Assembly (NCBI GenBank): GCA_038867615.1
Contig: JAWBYA010000006.1
Span: 33,562-97,561 of the forward strand
Length of the DNA: 64,000 bases
Direction of reading: 5' to 3'
Source: Sulfolobales archaeon
GTDB lineage: Archaea; Thermoproteota; Thermoprotei_A; Sulfolobales; AG1
In this document: in pieces, positions 30,538 to 40,650 of the stretch
Position numbering within the stretch: the first letter of the stretch is position 1
How the letters are laid out: each line of letters opens with the position of its first letter
Made by a program: the position numbers and the translations under genes
Notes under the pieces: model-generated
The model's input: the letters and a program-made list of their open reading frames with translations, nothing else
The model's database searches: none
Told to the model about the DNA's origin: nothing

Positions 30538-31784
30538 TGGGTGGGAGGATAAGCATACTGAGGGCTAGCGTGATCCTAGGGCCTGCTACTGTTGTTTCTG
30601 TCGCCTATATAGATCCGGGTAATTTTGGGAGCAACATTGCTGCTGGCTCTAAATACGGGCTTAATCTTCTCTGGGTTGTCTGGGTTGCGGGGCTTCTCGC
30701 GATTCTCTTCCAATACCTCTCGGGGAAGATTGGGATAGCTACCTCTAGATCCACAGTGGATCTTGTTTCAAGCGCTATAAGGGAGAGGCTCTCAGGCCCG
30801 AGTAGAAGTGCTACCCTCGCGCTCTACTTCTCCTCACTAATAGCAGTTATCCTGGCAACCGACATGGCTGAGTTCCTCGGCATAGTCCTCGGATTATCCT
30901 TTCTCCTAGGACTACCTATTGAGATCGCGATCTGGATCTCTGTGGTTGATGTACTCATACTCATGATGATAACAGACAGGAGGCTTGGTTTCGAGACACT
31001 CATAGGATCCCTCGTAGGTGTGGTTGGTATCAGCTTTCTCTACGAACTGGCGATCGTTGGCATAGATCCCAGAGAGATCCTTGTGTCAAGCGTGATGCCC
31101 AGGGAATTTGGGGGCGAGCACACACTCCTAGCGATAAGCATTATAGGAGCCACAGTAATGCCCCACGCCCTGATCCTCCACCCATACCTAACAGCCGAGA
31201 AGTGGGGAACTGCGAGGAGCAATGAGAAGCTAAAGAGACATATGCTAGAAACAATAGCCTATCTATCCATAGCAAGCGTTATGAACGCAGCAATACAGAT
31301 CATGGCTTACTATGCATTCTATAGAAACGGGTACCACGATGTAGACATGGATATAGCCCACGCAATACTCGAGCCCCTCTACGGATCACTATCAGCCATG
31401 GTATTCGCCACAGCCATGCTAGCCTCAGGAATCTCCTCCTCGATGGTCAGCGTCCTCGCCGGGCAGAAGGTGGTTGAGAGCCTCGTGGGGAAGAGGCTTG
31501 AGGCGTGGAGGCTCAGGCTAATGGTTAGGCTGGCAAACATGATCCCACTAGCCATAGCGATCCACGCTGGTGTCAAGCCAATAGAGGTGCTAGTATACTC
31601 ACAAGCAGTGCTCTCACTAGCGCTCCCCGTGATAATAATACCAACGACGATCTATGCTAGGAGAAAGAGCACCATGGGCAGCATGGTTAACAGCAGAGTA
31701 ATAGACATAGCCGCGATAGTAGGAGCAATAGTAATAGTTACATTCAACCTCGGCTTCATAGTATCAAGCCTGCTAAACCTATGA
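30537..31784 (+). CDS. mntH: NRAMP family Mn2+/Fe2+ transporter
   Basis: YIDPGNF and GATVMPHAL signature motifs. Confidence 0.93.
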   Translation: MGGRISILRASVILGPATVVSVAYIDPGNFGSNIAAGSKYGLNLLWVVWVAGLLAILFQYLSGKIGIATSRSTVDLVSSAIRERLSGPSRSATLALYFSSLIAVILATDMAEFLGIVLGLSFLLGLPIEIAIWISVVDVLILMMITDRRLGFETLIGSLVGVVGISFLYELAIVGIDPREILVSSVMPREFGGEHTLLAISIIGATVMPHALILHPYLTAEKWGTARSNEKLKRHMLETIAYLSIASVMNAAIQIMAYYAFYRNGYHDVDMDIAHAILEPLYGSLSAMVFATAMLASGISSSMVSVLAGQKVVESLVGKRLEAWRLRLMVRLANMIPLAIAIHAGVKPIEVLVYSQAVLSLALPVIIIPTTIYARRKSTMGSMVNSRVIDIAAIVGAIVIVTFNLGFIVSSLLNL

Positions 31785-31936
31785 TCCAGGTATTACTGGT
31801 ATTACCGAGAGATTGGGCGGGGCAGAGCCCCTAACAATAATCAAAGATCCTCAGCAGATCCCTCATACAAGGAACAACCATGAGGGGATATATGCTTATA
31901 CCCTTCCCAATAATATCATCATAATAGGGGTCAGGG

Positions 31937-34639
31937 CTGCCACAAGATCCTATTTTACCTATCGAGCAAGACGACGAGAAGATCCTGGGGCTCTTAAGAC
32001 CATACATAGCTAGGTGGTTCCGCCAAAAATACGGATCACCAACACCGCCCCAGAGAATGGCCATACCCAGGATAAAAGCCGGAGAGAACGTACTCATCTC
32101 AAGCCCCACAGGAACTGGAAAAACACTCGCAGCCTTTCTAGCCATAATAGACACGCTCTACGAGCTATGGGATCAGGGGAGGCTGGAGAACTCGATCTAT
32201 GCCCTCTACGTATCACCCCTAAGGGCTCTCAACAACGATATTAGGAGAAACCTTCTCGAACCCATAAGAGAGATCAACGAGATCCTTAGGAGCGAGGGTA
32301 GAGAGCCCCCGCACATAAGAATAGCTGTCAGAACCAGCGACACACCACCGCATGAGAAGCAGAAAATGCTTCGAGAACCTCCCCACATACTGATCACAAC
32401 GCCAGAGAGCCTTGCCATAGCGATCACAGCACCGAAGTTTAGGGAGGTTATGAGATCGATTAGATGGGTCATTATAGACGAGATCCACGAGCTAGCATCG
32501 AGCAAGAGAGGCTCACACCTAATGCTCAGCATAGAGAGGCTTGTAGAGCTCTTGGAAAGAGAGCCCCAGAGGATAGGCTTATCAGCAACGATCTATCCCC
32601 TAGAGGTTGTGGCACAATTCCTAGTAGGCTTTGATAACGAGGGAAAGCCTAGGAAATGCTCGATCGTTGATGCCAGGTTCGCAAAACCCATAGATATAAG
32701 GGTTATATGCCCAGCCATAGATCTCATAAGGGCTCCTGCGGATGAGATTAACAACTCTATCTACAACACACTAGCAGATCTTATCAAGAGGTATAGAACA
32801 ACCCTTATCTTCACAAACACAAGGCACTCGACAGAGAAGGTTGTGTATAGGCTTAAAAAGATCTTTGAGAAGGATCCAGAGATAAAGATAGAGGAGATAG
32901 AAGCCCATCACAGCAGCCTCTCAAGAGAAGTGAGACTAGATGTCGAGGAGAGGCTAAAGAGGGGAGAGCTGAGAGTAGTTGTATCATCAACAAGCCTAGA
33001 GCTAGGGATAGATATAGGCTATATAGATGTCGTAGCCCTCCTATCAAGCCCAAAGAGCGTCACAAGACTCCTCCAGAGAGTGGGAAGAGCGGGACACCAT
33101 ATTAGACAGATAAGCCTGGGCAGACTAGTAGTGGTCGATAGAGACGATCTCGTCGAGTGCACGGTCCTCGCAAAAGCAGCCATGGAGAGAAAGCTAGACA
33201 GAGTTAGAATCCCCATGAAACCCCTTGACGTGCTAGCACAACACATCGTGGGAATGTCCCTCGAGAAGAAATGGAGAGTAGAAGACATGTTCAGGGTTAT
33301 AAGGAGAGCCTATCCATACAAGGATCTCGACTTCGAGACATTCCAAACAGTGCTCAGATACCTCTCAGGAGGCTACGAGATAGATAGGTACGCCAAGGTC
33401 TATTCAAAGATCTGGATGGAGGACGGGATGGTTGGGAGGAAGAGGAGTGCGAGGATGATCTACTACCTCAACACAGGAGCAATACCAGACGAGGCTAAGA
33501 TAAGAGTAATAGCCGAGGGTAAAGGTTATGTGGGAGATCTGGACGAGGGCTTCGCAGAGATCCTCGAGCCAGAAGATATATTCGTGCTAGGTGGCAAGAC
33601 ATACAAGGTTCTCAGAACAGACGGGGACAGGATCTATGTGAAACCTGCTGAGGGTATGAGACCCACAGTCCCGAGCTGGTTCTCAGAAATGCTCCCACTA
33701 GCCTTCGACTCAGCACTAGAGGTGGGTAGGTTTAGGAGAATAATCGCAGAGGATCTCTCGAAACACCTCGAAGACCCCACACCGGTTGTCAAGAAGCTCG
33801 TGGAGGAGTATATGTTGGAGGAACATGCTGCGATAAATATAGTGAACTACTTCCTAGAACATCTATACTACACCGGATGGATAATGCCCTCAGACAAGCT
33901 CATCATGATCGAGCACTGGATAGATCCAGAGGCTAACACAGAGCACATAATATTCCACACCCTCTTCGGAAGAAGGGTTAACGATGTGCTCTCAAGAGCC
34001 TACGCCCACTTCCTCAGCGAGATAGTTGATGAGAATATAAGGATCACTGTAACGGATAACGGCTTCATGCTCTCACTCCCAAGTGTTGTTGGTATTAGTA
34101 ACAAGGATTTAGAGAAGATCCTATACTCAGTAACCCCAGAGAACCTTGACGAGGTGCTGAGAAAGGTTATTAGAAGGACAGAGATGTTTAAGAAGAGGTT
34201 TAGACATGTGGCTGAGAGGAGCTTCATGATCTTGAAGAGGTTCAGGGGTAGGGATATAAGCCTCCAGAGCAGGCAGATCAATGCAGAGACCCTCATAAGG
34301 ATCGTGGAGGAGATGGAGAGATTCCCCGTGATAGAGGAGACATATAGAGAGATCCTTGAGGACTACATGGATATAGAGAATGCAAGGCTCGTAATAAAGA
34401 AGATCCTTGGTGGAGAGATAGAGGTTAAGATCTATAGGAACCCGGAGGGTTCGAGAGCACCATCACCACTAGCCCACTCAATAGTAGCTGCAGGGATAAG
34501 CGATGTAGTGCTTATGGAGGATAAGAGAAAGATCCTTGCGAAGCTGCATGAGAACATAATAAGCGCATTGATCGAGAGGGGCATAGTGCTGAGAAGCACA
34601 CCATCGCCTCAGAAAATATATGTCAAGCATACTAACTAG
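31937..34639 (+). CDS. lhr: Lhr-family ATP-dependent helicase
   Basis: PTGTGKT, DEIH, GLSAT, SLELGID and QRVGRAGH. The conserved WF...TPPQ segment lies upstream of ATG 32057, so the start is inferred at CTG 31937. Confidence 0.9.
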   Translation: MPQDPILPIEQDDEKILGLLRPYIARWFRQKYGSPTPPQRMAIPRIKAGENVLISSPTGTGKTLAAFLAIIDTLYELWDQGRLENSIYALYVSPLRALNNDIRRNLLEPIREINEILRSEGREPPHIRIAVRTSDTPPHEKQKMLREPPHILITTPESLAIAITAPKFREVMRSIRWVIIDEIHELASSKRGSHLMLSIERLVELLEREPQRIGLSATIYPLEVVAQFLVGFDNEGKPRKCSIVDARFAKPIDIRVICPAIDLIRAPADEINNSIYNTLADLIKRYRTTLIFTNTRHSTEKVVYRLKKIFEKDPEIKIEEIEAHHSSLSREVRLDVEERLKRGELRVVVSSTSLELGIDIGYIDVVALLSSPKSVTRLLQRVGRAGHHIRQISLGRLVVVDRDDLVECTVLAKAAMERKLDRVRIPMKPLDVLAQHIVGMSLEKKWRVEDMFRVIRRAYPYKDLDFETFQTVLRYLSGGYEIDRYAKVYSKIWMEDGMVGRKRSARMIYYLNTGAIPDEAKIRVIAEGKGYVGDLDEGFAEILEPEDIFVLGGKTYKVLRTDGDRIYVKPAEGMRPTVPSWFSEMLPLAFDSALEVGRFRRIIAEDLSKHLEDPTPVVKKLVEEYMLEEHAAINIVNYFLEHLYYTGWIMPSDKLIMIEHWIDPEANTEHIIFHTLFGRRVNDVLSRAYAHFLSEIVDENIRITVTDNGFMLSLPSVVGISNKDLEKILYSVTPENLDEVLRKVIRRTEMFKKRFRHVAERSFMILKRFRGRDISLQSRQINAETLIRIVEEMERFPVIEETYREILEDYMDIENARLVIKKILGGEIEVKIYRNPEGSRAPSPLAHSIVAAGISDVVLMEDKRKILAKLHENIISALIERGIVLRSTPSPQKIYVKHTN

Positions 34640-34650
34640 GGGTTGAGAAA

Positions 34651-35031
34651 ATGCCAAGAGCTTCTGAGAGACTCCTAATAGCAAGATCCCTGGTGCATAT
34701 AAGCACCTCCATGTCGAGGATCAGGTTCCTCCTAACAATAATAGATAGAAGGGCATCACTCCTAAGAGAGAGAGGCCTCAGCAACATGGCGAAAGAGCTG
34801 GAGGAGCAGAAGAGGGTACTTGAAAAAACCCTAGCAGAGCTAGAAGCAGTGTCGGAGAGACTTAAAACAATCATGAGCCTCGGGGTAGCCTACAGCGACC
34901 TCATATCGATAGCAACAACGATAAAGGATCTCAGGAGCGTTATGAGAAACATAAACCCAGAGATCTCAGCAAGCCTTGCAGAAGCAGTATCCCACATAGA
35001 GGAAGCAGCAAGAACAATCTCAACCAGCTAG
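34651..35031 (+). CDS. Short CdvB/ESCRT-III (Snf7)-like protein
   Basis: LEAVSERLKTIMSLG...IKDLRSVMRNINPEISASL resembles the CdvB core pattern LE.V.LRLETV..LG...VMPEIS.EL. Confidence 0.6.
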   Translation: MPRASERLLIARSLVHISTSMSRIRFLLTIIDRRASLLRERGLSNMAKELEEQKRVLEKTLAELEAVSERLKTIMSLGVAYSDLISIATTIKDLRSVMRNINPEISASLAEAVSHIEEAARTISTS

Positions 35032-35156
35032 CCCACTATATCTTGGAAAACCACACGATCTTCCCCACAACCTTGAAGATCCCATAGGTCTAGCGTCTCC
35101 TCACAGCAGCCATGATTAATAGCTGGGAATACACGTATAAGCCACTACGAGAATGC

Positions 35157-36197
35157 TTAGAACCCCGTCTTCTCGATCGCCTTTCTATAAACAGGATCCT
35201 GTATCTCGAGCCTCCTAAGAATCCCGAGCTTCTCTAACTTGAGTATAGCCATCTCGACAGCCGCTATACGCATCTCTGCCCCAAACCTTGCTAGATAGTC
35301 CTGGATATCCCTCACCCCCCTTATACCCTGGGATATAGCCTTTAGAATAAGGATCTTTGTCTCGCCAAGCTCCTCAAGCTCCTTCACAGCTATCCCCACA
35401 GCCTCCTCCACAATGCTCTCAAAACTCTTCCCAGAGAGATAGCTTCTCCCAAAATATACAAGCCAGCCCGGTATTCCTTCGAAGAAATCAGCAGCATCCT
35501 CAGCCTCCCTGGGCGTCTTTAACCCCTGCTCCTTAAACCCCTTTGAGAGGAGCTCGAGCGACTGTTCCCTGCCGAGCTTCTCGACCCCGAGTTCGTATGG
35601 TTTTCTCCCATATAGTGGTGATGATCTCTCGTTTAAACCCAAGAGCTCGTGGATTGCTATGCTGCTAGGGGCTGCTAGTATGAAGGAGACGTTCTCGATG
35701 TTATCGAGCGAGTATGATATGAGCATTCTAAGCTGCCTCGAGACAGGGGATACTATGTTCTCGGCATTATCTATAGCCACAACAAGTCTATCGACCTTCT
35801 TGCTGATCTCGCTGATAATGTTCCCAAGCCACAGGGGGCCGAGGGATCTGCTATCAATCCTAACAACAACCCCCCGGCTTCTCCTAACAACCTCCACACC
35901 TTTCAAGTCGCTGATTATTTTTGAGAGCCTTTGGAAACCGTCTTCGAGGGCTTTTGCAAAGCTCGCCTCAAGATCTTTTGGCTTAGCCGCCCTCTCAGGC
36001 TCTAGGCATATGCCCCTAACCTCGCTTGTGAATGTTCTGAGAATGCTTGTCTTACCAATCCTCTTGATCCCGTGGACCAGGATTAAACCCTCCCCCTTAT
36101 CAATAGCCCTGTGGAGCTCCTCAAGCTCCGAAGATCTCCCCAGAAGCTCTTCCCTAGAGCTCTTAGGCCATGGGTCAAATATCGCTATAGCGACCAC
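35157..36197 (-). CDS. Archaeal ATPase (ATPase_2 family)
   Basis: FDPWPK, Walker A GIKRIGKT, degenerate Walker B AIDNAE, SPLYGR and GIPGWL. Confidence 0.8.
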   Translation of the reverse strand: MVAIAIFDPWPKSSREELLGRSSELEELHRAIDKGEGLILVHGIKRIGKTSILRTFTSEVRGICLEPERAAKPKDLEASFAKALEDGFQRLSKIISDLKGVEVVRRSRGVVVRIDSRSLGPLWLGNIISEISKKVDRLVVAIDNAENIVSPVSRQLRMLISYSLDNIENVSFILAAPSSIAIHELLGLNERSSPLYGRKPYELGVEKLGREQSLELLSKGFKEQGLKTPREAEDAADFFEGIPGWLVYFGRSYLSGKSFESIVEEAVGIAVKELEELGETKILILKAISQGIRGVRDIQDYLARFGAEMRIAAVEMAILKLEKLGILRRLEIQDPVYRKAIEKTGF

Positions 36198-36881
36198 CAG
36201 CTATTTACTCTGGGAGGGATATATAGGCTCGGAGAGTGGGTAGAGATCTACAGGGGTATTGGTGCAGCGATCCTTGCTGCTGGTGAGTCGAAACGCATGG
36301 GGAAGCCTAAACAGCTCCTCGAACTATGCAGCGAGAAGATCGTTAGAATCGTTGCGAAGAAAGTATTACAGATAGGCTTTGAAAAAGTAGTCATAGTGCT
36401 GGGACACAGGGCGTGGGAGATTGCAGAGCTGTTGAGGGATCTCGAGAACCTAGAGGTGGTGGTTAATAATAGATATATGGATGGGATGAGCACAAGCCTG
36501 AAAGAGGGTGTGAGAGCCCTTGGGAGTGGTTTAAAAGCATATATGATCGTGCTCGCGGACCAGCCCTTCGTTAAGATCGATACTATGAGGAGGATTGTTG
36601 AGGAATATGTTAGAAGATCTAGTATGGGCGAAGAACCCCTAATGGTTATCCCCAGATATATGGGGCAGAGGGGTAACCCTGTTCTTATATCCTCAGCACT
36701 TTCAAGCGATATAATGATGCTCTCAGGAGATATGGGTGCGAGGGTGCTGATCCAGAGGTATGGGGATCGCGTCCTCTATATAGATGTGGAGGATCCTGGC
36801 ATCTTGATCGATATAGACTATCCAGAAGATCTGGAGAGGGTGAGAGAGATCTACAGAGATCCGTGTTTAACCAGCGGGTAA
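36111..36881 (+). CDS. MocA-like nucleotidyltransferase
   Basis: ILAAGESKRMG..KQLL, LADQP, GNPV and DIDYPED. The real start is probably near 36210-36246, since the ORF start overlaps the divergent gene. Confidence 0.85.
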   Translation: MELLKLRRSPQKLFPRALRPWVKYRYSDHQLFTLGGIYRLGEWVEIYRGIGAAILAAGESKRMGKPKQLLELCSEKIVRIVAKKVLQIGFEKVVIVLGHRAWEIAELLRDLENLEVVVNNRYMDGMSTSLKEGVRALGSGLKAYMIVLADQPFVKIDTMRRIVEEYVRRSSMGEEPLMVIPRYMGQRGNPVLISSALSSDIMMLSGDMGARVLIQRYGDRVLYIDVEDPGILIDIDYPEDLERVREIYRDPCLTSG

Positions 36882-36946
36882 AACCAGACCTAGCTATGGC
36901 TGGGAGGAGTATAATATCTCTCTCCAATAAATATCTCGGGGGTTTA

Positions 36947-38020
36947 ATGCTTAGAGCAGTGATCGTTGATCTGGGGGGATCTCCCCACTATATGGTTAAG
37001 GAGATCCATGAGGAGCCATCAATACTAAAGACCCTCTGGGATTCCCAGAGGGATCATATCCTGAAGATCTCGTCCAAGATATCTAGATCCAACAGGATCT
37101 ATCTCGTGGGAAGCGGATCCTCCTACAACGCCTGCCTGGTTTTTCACAACGCACTAGCGATCCATGGCAACACACCCTCACTACCAATCGTATCGGGAGA
37201 GTATAGACTATACAGGAGTATTGTTTCGAGAGGAGATACAGTCATAGCAGTTAGCCAGAGCGGCTATACAGGAGACACTGTGGCAGCTGCAAAGATGGCT
37301 AGGGAATCAGGAGCCCTTGTAGTTGGTGTGACAAACAACCCCGAAAGCCCTTTGGCAAGGATCTCGGATGAGGTTATAAACATAATGGCTGGGAGGGAGG
37401 AGGCTGTGACAGCTACTAAGACATTCACAGCACAGCTATACGCACTATTACTCCTAGCAGCCGGTGTATCAAGCGATTCTGGGCAGGAGTTACTGAGAGA
37501 TCTAGAGAAGATCCCAAAGATATTGCTAGCATCGATATCAAGCCTAGAACCCATAGCTAGAAGAATAGCCTCCGATATCTATAGATACCAGAACGCCTTC
37601 ACACTAGGCGAGGGTGTTGGCTACGCAGTTGCTAGAGAGGCAGCGCTAAAGCTTAAAGAAGCCTCCGGGATCCATGCAGAGTCTATCCAGACAAGCGAGG
37701 CTAGACACGGACCGAAAGCGATCCTCAACAAGGGCTTCACAGTATATATAAACATATTCTCCGAGGATGATGGGAAACCAGCCTCACAGCTCGTTAAAGA
37801 GGTAGGAGACAGCGGGGCCCATATATACATAGTATCGCCCATCGAGCCTGGGGAAGGGATCCTGAGCGTCTCGAAGGAGACGATAAAGATCCCGTCTCTT
37901 GAGACAGCAGCAATATCGATCATAGCCACGTCTTTCTACCAGCTCCTCTCATACTACATAGCAGTAGCAAGACTACTAGACCCAGACACTCCGAGGATGT
38001 TAACAAAGGTGGTTGTATAG
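36947..38020 (+). CDS. SIS-domain sugar-phosphate isomerase/deaminase (GlmS C-terminal-like)
   Basis: MVKEIHEEP, GSGSS, SQSG.T, ATKTF, EAALKLKE, HGP and PRMLTKVV. No glutaminase domain. Confidence 0.9.
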   Translation: MLRAVIVDLGGSPHYMVKEIHEEPSILKTLWDSQRDHILKISSKISRSNRIYLVGSGSSYNACLVFHNALAIHGNTPSLPIVSGEYRLYRSIVSRGDTVIAVSQSGYTGDTVAAAKMARESGALVVGVTNNPESPLARISDEVINIMAGREEAVTATKTFTAQLYALLLLAAGVSSDSGQELLRDLEKIPKILLASISSLEPIARRIASDIYRYQNAFTLGEGVGYAVAREAALKLKEASGIHAESIQTSEARHGPKAILNKGFTVYINIFSEDDGKPASQLVKEVGDSGAHIYIVSPIEPGEGILSVSKETIKIPSLETAAISIIATSFYQLLSYYIAVARLLDPDTPRMLTKVVV

Positions 38021-38078
38021 CCCACCGCGGCGAGATATGGTTACAAGATCTTTGAAAATTCTGGGAGAATATAGGATC

Positions 38079-38429
38079 TCACGGGGATCTCTGGCCAGCC
38101 TCAGCAGAAACCGGCTCGCGGAGCCACTTCTCGCCCCAGGCCCTCAGGGCTTTTATAACGGGCTTAAGATCCCTCCCAGCATCTGTTAACGCATAGTAAT
38201 GCCTCTTACCATCACAAACCCTCTCAACCAAGCCCGCCTTCCTAAGCTCCTTAAGCGCTTTCGACAACGTCCTACTACTTATCCCAGGCATGCTCTCCAT
38301 AAGCTCTCTAAACGTCTTTGGATTCGACATGAGCCTCTCAATAATAACAAGCCTCCAAGGCCTGCCAAGAATCCTCCATGCCTTTATTACAGGGCACTCC
38401 TGCAAGAGATCCCTAATTATTCTTAGCAA
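38079..38429 (-). CDS. HxlR-family transcriptional regulator
   Basis: CPV...W, ISSRTLSKALKEL, YALT..G and WG. Confidence 0.9.
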   Translation of the reverse strand: MLRIIRDLLQECPVIKAWRILGRPWRLVIIERLMSNPKTFRELMESMPGISSRTLSKALKELRKAGLVERVCDGKRHYYALTDAGRDLKPVIKALRAWGEKWLREPVSAEAGQRSP

Positions 38430-38827
38430 GATCGGTAATAAATAGATAGAAAGTCATAACACAATAACGATATAGACGGTATACCGAGCTACTTTAGCAA
38501 CAAGACCTTCCCAACCTAGTAGATATTAATATCTCCTAACAGTATAGAAGCCTCCAATCATAAAAACAGAGGATCGCTTTGAGCCTCCATCCTAGCATAT
38601 AGATAGATACCTCTATAACTCATCAGCATTATTAAACATAACAAACCCCCATACCCAAGTGCTTGGTATCATAAGCAGTAACTAGCATGGCTTAGGATAT
38701 GCTCTCATTGCAAGAGGTTCTAGATCTCAGGTATTGCTAGCTATGGTGTGAGGGTTTGTGTTCATAGATCTCTTTTAGAGGCATTAGGCGAGAAGCAGGT
38801 GTTGTTTTTACATATATTGTTTTTCGT

Positions 38828-40048
38828 ATGTTATCTCATGGTGGTTGTATGGATTTCTCGTTAACAGAGGATCAGGAGCTTCTTGTTAAGGCTTCGAGGG
38901 AGTATCTAGCAAAGGAGGTTGCGCCTAGGTATAGGGAGATAGAGCATCACGGGATAGTTACTAAGGATCTTTTTAGGGGTCTCGCATCCCAGGGGATCTT
39001 GACTCCAAATATTTCCCAGGATTATGGGGGTCCGGGGCTTTCGTGGTTAACTGCTGCCCTGATCATGAGGGAGGTTGGTTACTATGATCCTGGGATGAGC
39101 CTTGCTGTATATATCGTTGTTAACAATATATGGTCCAAGATGATCGAGGTCTACGGCTCCAGAGATCTTAAGGAAGAAGTTATACCCCTCGTTGCTAGGG
39201 GTGAGAGGTTTCTCGGAATAGCCTCTACAGAACCCCATGGTGGGAGCGATGTCGCCAATATAAAGACCCTCGCGTCGAGGGAGGGCGACGGCTATGTGGT
39301 CAATGGCGAGAAGGTCTATATAAGCGGTGTGAAGGAGGCTAGAGAATGGGGCGGGGGTTACTTCCTCCTAGCCAAGACAAAGCCTGAAAGAAGCCACACA
39401 GCGATATCAGCCTTCTATCTCCCAATAGATGCTGAGGGCGTTGAGGTAGGGCTGTTCGAAACCATGGGGAGGATCGGGATAAGCACTGGATCCCTTGTAT
39501 TGAGGGGCGTAAAGATACCCAAGAGATACCTCATAGGCGAGGAGGGAAGAGGGTTTATATACGCCACAGAGGGCTTCACAAGAGCCAGGGTTCTCATAGG
39601 AGCCGCAGCCATAGGATCGGCTATGAGGGTTTTCGACGAGGTTGTCGAGTATGTCAAGAATAGAGAGACTTTCGGCTGGCCCCTAGCTAGATACGAGGCT
39701 ATACAGTTCAGGCTAGCAGAGATATGGGCTGAGCTCGAAGCAGCATGGAACCTAGTGCTACGAGCAGCATGGACACTGGATCTCTATTCAGAGAACAAGG
39801 CATCAAGATCCGAGGCATTCAAATTCAGCGCCGCTACAAAATACCTTGCAGTGGAGAGGAGCTTCAAATCAATAGTAGATCTCACCCAGATGCTAGGAGC
39901 CCTGGGATATACTAGAGAATCTATAGCTGAGTCAGCCTTAAGAGGAGTATTCAGCTATATGGCCGGCGCAGAGGGAGCCCCCAATATAATGAAAATGATA
40001 ATAGCCAGAGAGATCCTCGGAAAAGAATATAGACCAACACCACTATAG
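38828..40048 (+). CDS. Acyl-CoA dehydrogenase
   Basis: TEPHGGSD, NGEKVYIS, RETFG, LGALGY and EGAPNIMK. Confidence 0.93.
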   Translation: MLSHGGCMDFSLTEDQELLVKASREYLAKEVAPRYREIEHHGIVTKDLFRGLASQGILTPNISQDYGGPGLSWLTAALIMREVGYYDPGMSLAVYIVVNNIWSKMIEVYGSRDLKEEVIPLVARGERFLGIASTEPHGGSDVANIKTLASREGDGYVVNGEKVYISGVKEAREWGGGYFLLAKTKPERSHTAISAFYLPIDAEGVEVGLFETMGRIGISTGSLVLRGVKIPKRYLIGEEGRGFIYATEGFTRARVLIGAAAIGSAMRVFDEVVEYVKNRETFGWPLARYEAIQFRLAEIWAELEAAWNLVLRAAWTLDLYSENKASRSEAFKFSAATKYLAVERSFKSIVDLTQMLGALGYTRESIAESALRGVFSYMAGAEGAPNIMKMIIAREILGKEYRPTPL

Positions 40049-40064
40049 ATCCCATATCCCAGCT

Positions 40065-40324
40065 GAGGTTCGGGCTTCATAGCAGTTGATTTTTACCAAC
40101 AGCTCTTCCCTTGACTTCCTCGACCTCCACTCATCCAGAGAAACCCCAACCCACAGCACCACATAGCACCGCACCGGCCCATCCACTCGGATCTCTATCT
40201 CTACTCTCATCGTTGGGCGGGCATCCCCATAGAATAATAGAGCCTATAAGCATGATGTTATTGCAGAACCGCGAGTTTAATACCAATCCATAACCATCCT
40301 CAAACCCGAAACAGCTGGCTACGG
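40065..40324 (-). mobile_element. IS607-like MITE, copy B, 260 bp, diverged and internally deleted
   Basis: Reverse complement starts CCGTAGCCAGCTGTTTCGGGTTTG and ends ATCAACTGCTATGAAGCCCGAACCTC. Confidence 0.85.
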
Positions 40325-40357
40325 CACGTTTTTAATCTCTCCCCGCGTGAGGATCTT

Positions 40358-40453
40358 TTATATCTCTTCAAGACCTCTTCTTATCTCCTCCTCCAGAGCT
40401 CTCCTGATCACCTGGCTCACATTAATTCTATACCTCTTGATCTTCTCATGCAG
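40358..40453 (-). pseudogene. Fragment of a CcdA/VapB-type RHH antitoxin
   Basis: Manual translation LHEKIKRYRINVSQVIRRALEEEIRRGLEEI*, with no start codon or N-terminal strand. Confidence 0.6.
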
Positions 40454-40650
40454 CTATCAATATACATTTTCTGTGGAACATGATTGATATTTAATAAGAT
40501 CGAAATACGTCTCTGAATCATGCTTGTAATAGCTATTATAAATAGATGTCAACAAACATCTTAGGGACGAACAGCGGTATAGCTACTGGATCTGTTGGCT
40601 TGCGAGAGCTGAAAAGTCCTAGATCTGATTGTGAGGCAGGAACTATGAGA

